A stretch of 64,000 nt of DNA from an uncultured candidate division Zixibacteria bacterium (GTDB lineage Bacteria > Zixibacteria > MSB-5A5 > UBA10806): assembly GCA_963801605.1 (NCBI GenBank), contig CAWDFP010000002.1, forward strand, positions 17,148 to 81,147, written 5' to 3'. The notes below the pieces were generated by a model. That model was given only the letters and a program-made list of their open reading frames with translations. It had not been told where the DNA came from and made no database searches. A program made the position numbers and the translations under genes. This document shows positions 1 through 10,682 of this stretch, piece by piece. The stretch's first letter is position 1, and every line of letters begins with the position of its first letter.

Positions 1-286
1 ATTATTAAGGAGTACCATTTATGGTATTTATCTCGAATAATTCGAGAGTTTTTATTTATTTAGATAGTGAATAAATTTGCACATTTGGCTGGCCAGTGCT
101 CATCGTTAACATACCAAACCAGATGGATTAAGGTATAATAAGGCCGCATTAAAAAATAGGTATTCCGCTATACCGCAGCAAGTTAGGTATAAAAAGAATT
201 AACGCCATGCAAGTGATACTAATTTATTCAAGGTTGACACGACTTTCTAATTGAATTATATATTGATTCAAATGAGAGGTGTACCA

Positions 287-2953
287 ATGTTTTTAAGAAG
301 ACAACCAAGGGAAAAGAAGCTATTGACGCGAATGCTCGGGATGATCTTGCCGGTCATTATGATTATGGCATTCGGTCAAAAATCGGAGGCGGCCAAACTA
401 GATCATATCAGGACGGCCTGCATGAATTACGAAACAGGCGATTCGGCGACTGGTCACTGGATCGGCGAGCATTTCGACTATTCCAATGGAGGATATTCGA
501 CCAGGTTGAGAGGAATACGCGCGGCCAGTCTGCCGACAATGGTGCTGCAATATACAGCGTCGTCGTCATTTTACTGCGAACAGGGATATCATGACTGCGA
601 TTCTATTGCCGCATTTTGTGCCAGAAATGGTTATAACGTTGATTCAATGTATCTTCATTGCGCCCGGGATTCGGTCAACATCTTGGATTATGATGTAGCC
701 GCATCGCCATGCGTTGTGGGCCATGTCAACAGGCACGGAGCGGGCGATCAGATTAGAATTTGCGAATTTAACACCTGGCGAGCCATGCCCAATTACGCCT
801 ACCGCGGCGTCTGGGCATATTTGAAAAAATACTACGGCGAAACGATGCGTACCCATAACGGCGTTATCGAGGATTATGCGGCGGAATGGAGCCGTCCGGC
901 TTACCCGTATAGATGGGGGTACACGTCATATCCGTGGGGGACTCCTCAATGGCTGGATACCAGCCAGGTTCGCAATATCGCGGGTTGGACAGCAGGGGGA
1001 TTGAATGGCCGGCAAATTGCCGATAGCCTTATACAGATAAAGCGGAACCACTGGTTGCCGATGATTCTCGACACGATCAGGACCGTAACCGGAGGAAATA
1101 ACTATTTCACCAACGGATCGGGTTACGGCGATTTAGGCTGTGATTTATTCGAGGATTGTATCAGAACAGGCGCCAGTATGATCATCGGGGAATATGTTTG
1201 GATATCCAATGGCATCAACTGGCCGGGAGTCTGGGCAGAACCGTCGATGCCGTGGGCAATGATGGATTCGGTCCGTCAAGTTCATAACGGCGCCAAGATA
1301 CAATTATGGGTAACCGTATTTCCGCAGGACTCCGTAATTCTGGGTTCCTGGGCGCGGTCTTATATGGAACGCTTATGCTTCTACTACATGGCCGCAGATA
1401 CGGGACATACAATATTCTTATTCAGCAATTCGACGACATCAGCTCATGGCCCTAACCAATTTTATGCCAGCGATACTCTTTTATTGTGGCAGAAAGCCCT
1501 GGAACGCAATATCGGCCAACCGACGGCTGAAAGAACATCTCAGAATATAAGCGGAGCGACGGTCTATCGTCGGCCGTACAGCAGAGCTCTGGTATACTGG
1601 CGGCAGGCGTCCGGAGGGACAGGCGGCAATTACGGACCATCATCCGCTGTGACTTTCGACCTTGGCGGCACTTTTCGGGAGCTTTACGCCGATAATACAC
1701 TTGGCCCGGCTACCACTACCGGCCAAATAAGAAATTGTGAAGGAAAGATTTATGTATCGGCATTAGGAGATTCAATATCCCCGTCCGGGATTCATGATCT
1801 GGGATCATCTCGAAATGAGCAAGGACAATCTATTCTGACATGGACCGCCCCCGGTGATGACGGAGATATTGGCACTGCAGATCATTATTCAATCAGATAC
1901 TCCACGGATTTTATATCTGACAACAACTGGTCGTTGGCAACGATAATGCCGAATCCGCCAATGCCGCTTCTTTCGGGTCAGCATCAGGAAGCTATTGTCA
2001 GCGATCTGAGCTACGGTGAGAAATATTATTTCGCGATAAAGGCATTCGATGAAGCGGGCAATGAATCATCACTCTCCAATGTTGATTCCCTGCTCGGCGG
2101 AATCAGCGCCCCGGTACCGTTATCAACTGTGATCGATACCTCGGGGGGACAGGTAACCTTGTATGCAGGAGCGGTTCATTCAAGTTTGCCCCTGTATTAC
2201 GAATTTGCCCTGGATACCACGCTCACTTTGCCATCTCCCGAAATACAGATATCTATGGCGTCGGATACGGCTGTATCATCGACTTATGGAGACCTGGAAC
2301 GTCAAAGGTCGTATGTCTGGCGCTGTCGTGCCAGATGTAGTTCGCCAAATGACTCCAGCCAATGGTCAGCGGCAACAAGTTTTTTTATGCCCCAATCGCC
2401 CGCCCCGCTGGCAGCGGTCGATTGTATTTATCCGCCAGCCGGAGCTACAATTAATACGGCGACTCCCGAGCTAATATCAAACGGGCACAGCGGTATAACT
2501 CAAATTTATTTTGAGATAGATACGACCTCGAATTTTTTATCGGGGCTGAATTCAGGCGCGATCTCGGTGGAATCATCGGGATCCGCCTCCTGGCAAGTCA
2601 GCTCGCTGCTGCAAAACGGAGCCAAATATTACTGGCGCGCCAGTTCCGATAATCAGTTATGGACGGCGCCCAGTCATTTTTTCGTGACACTTTCGATTCA
2701 CGCCTTTCCCAATCCATTCAAAAGCTCGGATAATCACAGCGTTATTACATTCACGAATTTACCCCAAAATTCAAATATTACGATTGCCACAATTTCAGGG
2801 GCAATTATCAAACAGGCTCACAATGTCGGTCCCGGTGACTGGATATGGGACCTTAAAAATTCCGATGGTGATTATATATCATCCGGCGTATATTTAAATT
2901 CGGTTAATTACGCAACCGGATCGAGTTATGGAAAGATAGTTGTGATCCGGTGA
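287..2953 (+). CDS. Secreted multidomain protein: putative glycoside-hydrolase-like (GHL15-like) N-domain, FN3/Ig repeats, C-terminal T9SS/FlgD-type sorting domain
   Basis: Signal-like hydrophobic stretch ending KSEA-A. VYRRPYSRALVYWR...VTFDLGGTFRELY resembles the GHL15 C-terminus. LTWTAPGDDG...YYFAIKAFDEAGNES is an FN3 module. AFPNPF...WDLKN...SSGVY...KIVVIR is a CTD. ATG 287 follows GAGAGG (ORF track starts at TTG 251). Confidence 0.65.
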   Translation: MFLRRQPREKKLLTRMLGMILPVIMIMAFGQKSEAAKLDHIRTACMNYETGDSATGHWIGEHFDYSNGGYSTRLRGIRAASLPTMVLQYTASSSFYCEQGYHDCDSIAAFCARNGYNVDSMYLHCARDSVNILDYDVAASPCVVGHVNRHGAGDQIRICEFNTWRAMPNYAYRGVWAYLKKYYGETMRTHNGVIEDYAAEWSRPAYPYRWGYTSYPWGTPQWLDTSQVRNIAGWTAGGLNGRQIADSLIQIKRNHWLPMILDTIRTVTGGNNYFTNGSGYGDLGCDLFEDCIRTGASMIIGEYVWISNGINWPGVWAEPSMPWAMMDSVRQVHNGAKIQLWVTVFPQDSVILGSWARSYMERLCFYYMAADTGHTIFLFSNSTTSAHGPNQFYASDTLLLWQKALERNIGQPTAERTSQNISGATVYRRPYSRALVYWRQASGGTGGNYGPSSAVTFDLGGTFRELYADNTLGPATTTGQIRNCEGKIYVSALGDSISPSGIHDLGSSRNEQGQSILTWTAPGDDGDIGTADHYSIRYSTDFISDNNWSLATIMPNPPMPLLSGQHQEAIVSDLSYGEKYYFAIKAFDEAGNESSLSNVDSLLGGISAPVPLSTVIDTSGGQVTLYAGAVHSSLPLYYEFALDTTLTLPSPEIQISMASDTAVSSTYGDLERQRSYVWRCRARCSSPNDSSQWSAATSFFMPQSPAPLAAVDCIYPPAGATINTATPELISNGHSGITQIYFEIDTTSNFLSGLNSGAISVESSGSASWQVSSLLQNGAKYYWRASSDNQLWTAPSHFFVTLSIHAFPNPFKSSDNHSVITFTNLPQNSNITIATISGAIIKQAHNVGPGDWIWDLKNSDGDYISSGVYLNSVNYATGSSYGKIVVIR

Positions 2954-2977
2954 TCGCCCAAAACAACGAACTCGGGG

Positions 2978-4603
2978 GTGGTTGAGATGTGCAGGTCAGC
3001 GTTAAGCGCGTCAATTATTAAAATAATCGGTTTTTTACTGTTTATCATATTTATTTTTCAGGGTGCTTGCCCTGAAATTTTCGCTCAGCAAATTTCGCCT
3101 CCGATATTGGTAGCCTCTCCGCAAGTGGACGGTTCCACGCTGGGGATTCCCCGCTGGAAAGGATATATGTCCGAATCCGACCCCAATAGCTTCTGGCTGA
3201 GTTATGCGAACGCGACCAGCGCGGGCGGCAATATCAGCTATACTACCGATGGCGGAACGACCTGGAACAGTAATGTTATCCAGATAGATCAAACCGGCTG
3301 GATGGATTACCATTTATCTCTGTTTGGGAAAAATAATACACTCAACTATACCTGGCCGGGCGCCTCCAACGCGATTTGCTTTCGGAAATTTAACCCACCG
3401 GCTCACAGCAACAGTGATAGGGGTCCCACAATCTCTTTTTCGGGAACCAATAATACTTTCAGGTCAAATATATCAGTCCAGGATAATGGGCGAATATGGG
3501 TATTTACACGCGTAACCGGTGATGCCAGTCAGAATGTCCGCTATCAATATTCAGATGATAACGGCAGTACCTGGGTACCGGGCCAGGCCGTCGCAACGGG
3601 ATCGACGTCGATAAGAATCGGCTCGATGCCTTATGTAAATGGCAGCACGGCGTTAATAGTATTATATATGAGCAATAATCGCGGCTTTGAATACTATCTC
3701 TGGAACGGGACCTCATTCGAGGCCAGAAACGATCACTCGATTTATCCCGTCAATATGAACGAGGAAAGAGCCTTTACCCATAATGTAGTGAATGATTCGT
3801 CACTGCACCTGATATTCAGCATTGGAGTGAATCTACATCATTGCTGGAAATATTTTAATGGCGGCAATGGCGCCTGGAATCATGAGATAATAGACAACTG
3901 CCCCAACAATCTCGAAAATGAGTACTACCCAATATCCACTGTTCAGGGTGATAATCTCTACGTATTTTATTGCAAGAAGTCCGATGCATCATTTGCTTCA
4001 TCAAAAATATACTACAAGAAATGGTCGCAGAGCACCCAGACATGGACTCCGGCGGTTTTGGTTTCCGATGTCCTGCCGGGAAACAGAGATCCTAATACTT
4101 GTTTCAGAGTTCCGGCTCAGTCCAATTATATACCCGTGTTCTGGAATAATTATGACGGCAGTACGAGAAGGGTATATTTTTCGAAAATTATCAATCAAGT
4201 ACAGCCGCGGGATACCATACCTCCAGGCAGAATTATGGATTTGGGTGGAGTTCCCGGCGCTGTCGGGCAGATAAATCTAACCTGGACTGCGCCTGGCGAT
4301 GATGGAAACCAGGGAGGGGAAGTCGTTGCCTATGAAATAAGATATTCCCAAAGCGGACTTAATGAATCGTCATGGGGGCAAGCGGAACTTTTTCCGTATC
4401 CTCCCGTCCCGCAAGCACCGGGAATAACTCAATACTGCGCTGTAACCGGACTTGAAGCCGGCTTTTCATATTACCTGGGCGTAAAAAGCTATGATGATGC
4501 GGGAAATATATCCGATTTATCGAATATTGCCTTGTCATTTAGCGGAGGGAGAAGGCAGCGCGATGTGGTTCGATCATCGATATGGTCGCAGTTAATCAGA
4601 TAA
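2978..4603 (+). CDS. Secreted BNR/Asp-box (sialidase-like beta-propeller) protein with C-terminal FN3 domain
   Basis: Signal peptide, Asp-box motifs SYTTDGGTTW and YSDDNGSTW, and the FN3 module LTWTAPGDDG...YLGVKSYDDAGNIS. Confidence 0.7.
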   Translation: MVEMCRSALSASIIKIIGFLLFIIFIFQGACPEIFAQQISPPILVASPQVDGSTLGIPRWKGYMSESDPNSFWLSYANATSAGGNISYTTDGGTTWNSNVIQIDQTGWMDYHLSLFGKNNTLNYTWPGASNAICFRKFNPPAHSNSDRGPTISFSGTNNTFRSNISVQDNGRIWVFTRVTGDASQNVRYQYSDDNGSTWVPGQAVATGSTSIRIGSMPYVNGSTALIVLYMSNNRGFEYYLWNGTSFEARNDHSIYPVNMNEERAFTHNVVNDSSLHLIFSIGVNLHHCWKYFNGGNGAWNHEIIDNCPNNLENEYYPISTVQGDNLYVFYCKKSDASFASSKIYYKKWSQSTQTWTPAVLVSDVLPGNRDPNTCFRVPAQSNYIPVFWNNYDGSTRRVYFSKIINQVQPRDTIPPGRIMDLGGVPGAVGQINLTWTAPGDDGNQGGEVVAYEIRYSQSGLNESSWGQAELFPYPPVPQAPGITQYCAVTGLEAGFSYYLGVKSYDDAGNISDLSNIALSFSGGRRQRDVVRSSIWSQLIR

Positions 4604-4856
4604 TACCGGCAATTACACCCCCGTGAATAAATTTCATAGCCATAAAGTTGAGATCAGGGGTAACCCTGCCGAGTTTTTTTATGTCTGGCAAAACAGGAAA
4701 TTTTACGTTATGTAATAAGAAAGATCAGCGGCAGGCGCGCTATCTGGAAATACCGGTTATGGTTTTATCAAATCTTTGGCGACAAGAGGACCAATCGTCA
4801 GTATAATGAAAAAGGCAGTTCTTTAATTACGATACCATGTTTTCTATGTATTTGAA

Positions 4857-6260
4857 ATGAAAGAAAATCTCGAATTCCAAACATTCAATCGTGACATTGC
4901 CGGCGAAGGTTTTATCAAGTCCCGGCATATTGCATACGCGCTGTTTATACTGGCTACAATCGTTCTGGCGGCGGCCTTAGCGTTATTCAATGATATTATA
5001 ATTATAGCCCTGATCGGGGCGGTCATAGTCACCCTGGTAATATTTATATATCCATCGTTCGGGCTGGCGCTTTTTATATTACTGAGCTTTCTTCGCCCCA
5101 GCGACCTGATACCGTCTCTCGAAGGATTGCCCCTGGCGAAAGTTGTGGGAGGCGCAACTTTATTCGCGATAATTATCAAGTATATTCGAAACAGGAACTA
5201 TGTTTTTAACTACAGGCAAACCTATCTTTTGGCGGCATTTACCGGAGTGTTATTTATATCGATACCTTTATCCGTATGGGCAAGCGAATCCAGCACCGTC
5301 GCATTGGATTTTGTCAAAATGCTTCTGTTTTTCCTTATATTTATTAATATATGCCGGGATTTAAAGATGTTTCGCGTCATGACGCTTATAGCGCTGGTGT
5401 GCGCTATCGTTTTGTGCATATCGACAATCCAATCATATTTTGGAGACGTGGAACGCGCCGGAGCGACGATCGGAGCCAAATTGTTCGGCGATGCCAATGA
5501 TGCGGCTCTGCTATTCGTAACAATTCTGCCATTTTCGGCACTATGGATGAGCGGCAAGAAGTTTCGATTCGGCAAACTATTCTACGGCCTCAGCATGGTA
5601 ATCTTAATAGCGGGAGTTATTCTGACTCAGTCTCGCGGCGGATTTTTGGGACTGCTGACGGTTCTGTTTGTTATGTATTTTCGAGGCAGAAATAAGTTAA
5701 AGGCCGTAATAAGTCTGGCGGTGATTGCCCTGGCAATTCAATTACTATTACCATCGAAAATTAGCGAACGTTATAGCACGATTGGGACTTATCAGGAAGA
5801 TGCCTCTGCCATGGGACGAATCGCAGCCTGGAAAGCAGGCGTAAAAATGATGGCTGCCAGGCCCCTGACGGGAGTTGGAATTGGCTGTTTTCGGGTAGCT
5901 TATGGAACTCAATTTGGCTCTGGGGGCCGATGGATGGCACCCCATAATACTTTTATCCAGGTTGGCGCTGAAACCGGATTAATAGGGCTGGCTATTTTTA
6001 TACTTCTGCTGTCAACATCAATTACTCAACTGAGACGAATAAAGAGTCCTGATCCTGACCATGAAGATGATGAAATATTTAAGATCCGAGACATGATTAT
6101 TGCAAGCATCTTAGGTTTCATCATGTGCGCCTTTTTCCTAACTCAAGCGCTGAATTTTATGCTCTATTATTTGATTGCGGCGTCAGTAAGTATAAGCTAT
6201 ATATTTTCCAAATACGAATTTTTCGTTGAGAAACAAAAGGAAAACTTGACTGATCTATGA
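4857..6260 (+). CDS. O-antigen ligase / Wzy-family polysaccharide polymerase
   Basis: Polytopic membrane protein with DAND, TQSRGGFLGL, GRIAAW, PLTGVGIG and APHNTFIQVGAETG motifs. Confidence 0.85.
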   Translation: MKENLEFQTFNRDIAGEGFIKSRHIAYALFILATIVLAAALALFNDIIIIALIGAVIVTLVIFIYPSFGLALFILLSFLRPSDLIPSLEGLPLAKVVGGATLFAIIIKYIRNRNYVFNYRQTYLLAAFTGVLFISIPLSVWASESSTVALDFVKMLLFFLIFINICRDLKMFRVMTLIALVCAIVLCISTIQSYFGDVERAGATIGAKLFGDANDAALLFVTILPFSALWMSGKKFRFGKLFYGLSMVILIAGVILTQSRGGFLGLLTVLFVMYFRGRNKLKAVISLAVIALAIQLLLPSKISERYSTIGTYQEDASAMGRIAAWKAGVKMMAARPLTGVGIGCFRVAYGTQFGSGGRWMAPHNTFIQVGAETGLIGLAIFILLLSTSITQLRRIKSPDPDHEDDEIFKIRDMIIASILGFIMCAFFLTQALNFMLYYLIAASVSISYIFSKYEFFVEKQKENLTDL

Positions 6261-6351
6261 GTGTTCCTATTGAGGATATAACCGGCGTAATCGAAAATAT
6301 GCGTTTTGCCGTAAATATGGATGGTAGAATAATTACCGCAAAGGCACCGGC

Positions 6352-7530
6352 ATGATGATGACTATTCCACCGGTAGGAACCCGAATCAGTTGGAGCTCTA
6401 TATTTTCCGGAGGCGACAGTTCCGCCGTACCATTCGAAAAAGAACTAAAAGAATTATATAATTGTCAGGTCCGTTTGACCAATTCAGGCAAAGCCGCGAT
6501 ATATCTGCTCTTAAAAGCGGCTAAACTAATATATCCCCAAAAAACTGAAGTTATAATCCCCAATTATACATGCTGGTCGCTGCCATCGAGTATCGTTAAA
6601 GCCGGTTTGAAGGTGGCGATTGCGGATAATGATTTGGATACTTTCGGGATATTAAATTCATCTGTTATTAATGCAATTAGTCCCAGGACGTTGGCAGTGA
6701 TTTGTCCTCACCTGTTTGGGATTCCGGGCAAAGTAAACGAACTCCAAACAATCTGCCGCGACAAAGATGTATTCCTCATTGACGATGCGGCCCAGGCGTT
6801 AGGGGCGTCGCTGGATGATAGGCCTGTCGGTTCGTTCGGAGACGCCGGAATTCTTAGCTTTGGTAGAGGTAAGAATATCACTACCAATTCGGGCGGGGCG
6901 GCGCTTATCGGAAACGATGAATTGAAGACCGCTGTGGAAGATATTTATAAATCCGAATTTACGCCGATGGGACAAAGCAAAACGAAAGATATAATCCAAA
7001 TGACAGCTTATAAGCTGCTATTTCCGCGCTACCTTTATTGGATCCCGGATTCAATTCCGCAATTAAATATTGGTTCTACAATCTATAATCCGGAATTTAG
7101 TCTTCAGGGATTTTCGGAATATCGACAAGGATTGGGGTCGTCATTACTAAAAAACCTTAAAACAATTAATATTAATAGAAATAAAATAGCCTTCAGGTAT
7201 CAGGAATTATTGCAGGAGGTTAAAGCCCTTAAGATTCCCGGTTGGCCGGATAGGGCAAAGCCCGCGTTCCTGAGATACCCAATTTTGCTCAAAAATCCGG
7301 ATAAAAAGCGTCTGATACTCGATAAAGGTCATAACCTGGGGATATCCGGTATGTATCCCGATACAATCAATAATATTCCGGCTCTTAAGAATATATTGAT
7401 TAAGGATAGTTCTAATTGTCCAAACTCGGAGCAAATATCCAAAAGATTGGTGACTCTTCCGACACATCATAGTGTAAAAGAAAAAGATATATTGAGGATT
7501 GTCGGATTAATAACTAAAATGGGCTGTTAA
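6352..7530 (+). CDS. DegT/DnrJ/EryC1/StrS PLP-dependent aminotransferase family protein
   Basis: NSGKAAI, HLFGIP, IDDAAQA, SFGRGK (PLP Lys) and LVTLPTH motifs. Confidence 0.85.
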   Translation: MMMTIPPVGTRISWSSIFSGGDSSAVPFEKELKELYNCQVRLTNSGKAAIYLLLKAAKLIYPQKTEVIIPNYTCWSLPSSIVKAGLKVAIADNDLDTFGILNSSVINAISPRTLAVICPHLFGIPGKVNELQTICRDKDVFLIDDAAQALGASLDDRPVGSFGDAGILSFGRGKNITTNSGGAALIGNDELKTAVEDIYKSEFTPMGQSKTKDIIQMTAYKLLFPRYLYWIPDSIPQLNIGSTIYNPEFSLQGFSEYRQGLGSSLLKNLKTININRNKIAFRYQELLQEVKALKIPGWPDRAKPAFLRYPILLKNPDKKRLILDKGHNLGISGMYPDTINNIPALKNILIKDSSNCPNSEQISKRLVTLPTHHSVKEKDILRIVGLITKMGC

Positions 7531-7572
7531 TAATCATCTGATATTTTCGATAAATAATACAGGACGGGAAAT

Positions 7573-8145
7573 ATGCCAGAAATGATTCCAATAGTTGAGT
7601 ATCGAAAGAGGCGACCGAAAATGCAGTCGGTGCTGAATCCGCTTAATAAGATATTGAATAAACTGACGCGAGATTGGGCGTTTGGATGGCGTTTGAGGCT
7701 AAAATTATATCGAATTATGGGCGTGCAGATCGCACAGGACGATCACGAGATATTTATAGGCCGCGAAAATTGGATAGACGATAATTTTCCGGAACTTGTC
7801 AGGTTTGATGAAGGAGTGGCGACTGGATGGCGGTGTGTGTTTCTGGTCCATAATGCCTGTATGATGCCGCCATCGGTGGGGCCCATTGTAATTGGGAAAA
7901 AGGCTATTCTGGGTGTCGGAGTAACCGTTATGCCGGGAGTAACGATAGGAGAGTATGCTCAGGTGGGAGCCTGCGCGCTAGTAACCAAGGACGTTGAACC
8001 GTATATGGTAGTGGCCGGTGTACCCGCGAAACCTATCAGGAAAATAAACGAAGACGAAATCGCGCTGCGTAATATTCCGGTTAAGGAATTAGGTGATTAT
8101 CTAAAAAAGCGGCAAATTTTAAACGAAGACGGAACGTTTCAATAA
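7573..8145 (+). CDS. Hexapeptide-repeat (LbH) acyltransferase
   Basis: IGKKAILGVGVTVMPGVTIGEYAQVGACALVTKDV...AGVPAK. Confidence 0.85.
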   Translation: MPEMIPIVEYRKRRPKMQSVLNPLNKILNKLTRDWAFGWRLRLKLYRIMGVQIAQDDHEIFIGRENWIDDNFPELVRFDEGVATGWRCVFLVHNACMMPPSVGPIVIGKKAILGVGVTVMPGVTIGEYAQVGACALVTKDVEPYMVVAGVPAKPIRKINEDEIALRNIPVKELGDYLKKRQILNEDGTFQ

Positions 8146-8203
8146 ATCGAATATTTTGAATAATTCAATCACTCGATCTCGCGATGTATAAGAGGCTTTT
8201 TCG

Positions 8204-9418
8204 ATGAAGATTCTGTTCATTACTTTTTTCGTTCCATATCCGCCTACCGCCGGCCACACTCAGAGAGACTTCAATATTATCCGTCAACTGGCCAAAGATA
8301 ATGAAATATTTCTCCTTTGTTTTAATCAAAAAATACTGATTCCCAATAAGGCCGAGCTTGATAATTCAATTAAGCATCTTAGCCAATACTGCTCCTATAT
8401 AAAAGTTTTCAAAATACCCACAGATTATAGCGCTTTAAAGTGGTATTCATATCTGTTTTTCAACCTGTTTACGATAACGCCCTTCACTGTCTGGAAATTT
8501 GGCTCCAAAGAATTACGACGGGAATTAAAGGCGCTTCGGGCCAACAACTGTTTTGATCTTGTTCACATAGATACCGTCGAACTGGCGGGATATGCGAAAT
8601 TGCTCGAAAATACGCCGAAGTTATTGAATCATCATAATGTTGAATCCAGATTGATATTCAGAAGAGGCGCCAACGCCGCCAATCCGCTGGCAAAATTATA
8701 TCTTTATCTTCAAGGATTAAAGCTTCAGCTGTTCGAAAAAAGAATGCTCGATAAATTCGATATGAATGCCTGCGTTTCGGAAAACGACCAGGAATACCTT
8801 GCCGGCATTTCACCAAAAGCCAGGTTTACGCAGGTGCCTAATGGCACCGATATTGATTATTTCAAGCCGTCCGGCGAAAAGTTGCAGCAGAGTCTCGTCT
8901 TTGCGGGAAGCATGAGCTGGTATCCAAACGGCGATGCGATGATATATTTTTGCAGCGAGGTATTGCCCCTTATAAAAAAGGAATTTCCCGATATACGATG
9001 CGATATCATTGGCAGTCATCCGCCGTCACGGTTACAAACGTTGGCGGCCAGAGATAAATCGATTCAGCTTCATGGTTATGTCGATGACGTCAGAAAATAT
9101 ATTGCGAAAGCATCGGTTTATATCGTGCCAATCCGGGTTGGCGGGGGGACAAGATTAAAAATACTCGACGCTTTTGCGTCGGGAAAAGCGGTTGTTTCCA
9201 CATCGATCGGCTGCGAAGGATTGGCGGTCACCAACGGCGAGAATATAATCATTGCGGATAAACCGGACGAATTCGCCAAGCAAGTTATGGAGTTATTGAA
9301 AAATGAGACGTTACGAAAGAAATTAGAAATCAACGGTCGAAAGTTAGTTGAAAAGCAATATTCGTGGGAAATAATTGTTAATAAATTAAATCATATTTAC
9401 AGGCATCTGCGGGCATAA
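8204..9418 (+). CDS. Glycosyltransferase family 4 (PEP-CTERM/EPS-associated type)
   Basis: PYPPTAG, HHNVES, VPNGTD and PIRVGGGTRLKILDAFASGKAVVSTSIGCEGL motifs. Confidence 0.9.
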   Translation: MKILFITFFVPYPPTAGHTQRDFNIIRQLAKDNEIFLLCFNQKILIPNKAELDNSIKHLSQYCSYIKVFKIPTDYSALKWYSYLFFNLFTITPFTVWKFGSKELRRELKALRANNCFDLVHIDTVELAGYAKLLENTPKLLNHHNVESRLIFRRGANAANPLAKLYLYLQGLKLQLFEKRMLDKFDMNACVSENDQEYLAGISPKARFTQVPNGTDIDYFKPSGEKLQQSLVFAGSMSWYPNGDAMIYFCSEVLPLIKKEFPDIRCDIIGSHPPSRLQTLAARDKSIQLHGYVDDVRKYIAKASVYIVPIRVGGGTRLKILDAFASGKAVVSTSIGCEGLAVTNGENIIIADKPDEFAKQVMELLKNETLRKKLEINGRKLVEKQYSWEIIVNKLNHIYRHLRA

Positions 9419-9469
9419 ATTACGGCGCCTGGGGTATAAATATTTATTGGGAATAGAAGTCTGGTAGAT

Positions 9470-10651
9470 TTGGGATCTGAAAAACAAGAGCCGACGGATA
9501 AGGGTAAGGGTATCACCAATTTGCCGTCGTCAAAAATAGTGGTGATGCATCTTATCGCCGCGATGGATATAGGCGGCGCCGAAAAGGTTGTTTTGAATCT
9601 CGTATCCCAAAAAAATAGTTCAAATTATGATATCAGAGTTGCCGGATTTGTGCGGGCATCCGATGGTTCCGGCAATGAATTCCTGAAGGCCGTGACAGAA
9701 TTGGGCGCGGTTATCGACAAGATTCCGATCTATAAACGTTTCGATCCTGGCGATATTTGGAAATTAATCAGGATTATAAAATGTCATAATGTCACGATAC
9801 TTCATACCCATGGTTATAAATCGGATATTGTAGGCGTCATTGCCGCAAAAATAACCGGGATAAGGGTGGTTGCCACGGCGCACGGATTTGTCAGCGTAGA
9901 TTCCAAGCTTAGATTTAATGAAAAGCTAGGAATATATTTTCTGAGGTTCGCAAAGCGGGTTATATGCGTTTCCGAAAATATCCGGAGCAGGCTAATTGCC
10001 TCGGGCTTAAAAAGCGATAAGTTGATAATTATCCCCAATGCAGTGGATTTTGGGGGATTTGAGAAATCATCACAACGAGATTTTAGAAAGGAATGGAATG
10101 TAAGCCCGGAGGAGGTATTAATTGGTTCCGCAGGGCGGTTTTCACCGGAAAAGGGACATGTAAATTTGGTTAAGGCCGTTTCCAACTTTCCCGAAAATAT
10201 GAAAAAACGGATCAAGATCGTGATTGCCGGTGATGGGCCGCAGAAAACGGCAATCGCCAATGAGGCCCAGGTCGCCGGACTACATGAAAGGCTGATTCTT
10301 CCCGGTTTCGTTGACGATATGAATTCATTTTACAAATCTCTCGATATCTTTTGCCTGCCATCGCTAACCGAGGGATTACCGCTGACAGTTTTGGAAGCGG
10401 CAGCATCGGAAAAGCCGATTGTAGCATCCGATGTGGGTTCAATCGGGAAATTAATACAGGACGGTGATGACGGCTTGATTGTTCCGCCGGGTGATATCGA
10501 TAAGCTTTCGACCGCGCTGGCGATGTTAGTTGAATCGAAGCAGTTAAGGCAGGATTATGGCTGCAAGTTAAAAGCGAAACTTCGTAAATCGTATGATATA
10601 AAGGATTGGGCAAACAGTATTTTCAATATATATAAAGAGGCATTGGAATAA
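9470..10651 (+). CDS. Glycosyltransferase family 4
   Basis: IGGAEK, HTHG, IPNAVD, GRFSPEKG and PSLTEGLPLTVLEA (ExxxxxxxE) motifs. Start uncertain. Confidence 0.9.
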   Translation: MGSEKQEPTDKGKGITNLPSSKIVVMHLIAAMDIGGAEKVVLNLVSQKNSSNYDIRVAGFVRASDGSGNEFLKAVTELGAVIDKIPIYKRFDPGDIWKLIRIIKCHNVTILHTHGYKSDIVGVIAAKITGIRVVATAHGFVSVDSKLRFNEKLGIYFLRFAKRVICVSENIRSRLIASGLKSDKLIIIPNAVDFGGFEKSSQRDFRKEWNVSPEEVLIGSAGRFSPEKGHVNLVKAVSNFPENMKKRIKIVIAGDGPQKTAIANEAQVAGLHERLILPGFVDDMNSFYKSLDIFCLPSLTEGLPLTVLEAAASEKPIVASDVGSIGKLIQDGDDGLIVPPGDIDKLSTALAMLVESKQLRQDYGCKLKAKLRKSYDIKDWANSIFNIYKEALE

Positions 10652-10682
10652 ACCGGGTATTCTCGAATTCTAAAATAATTAT

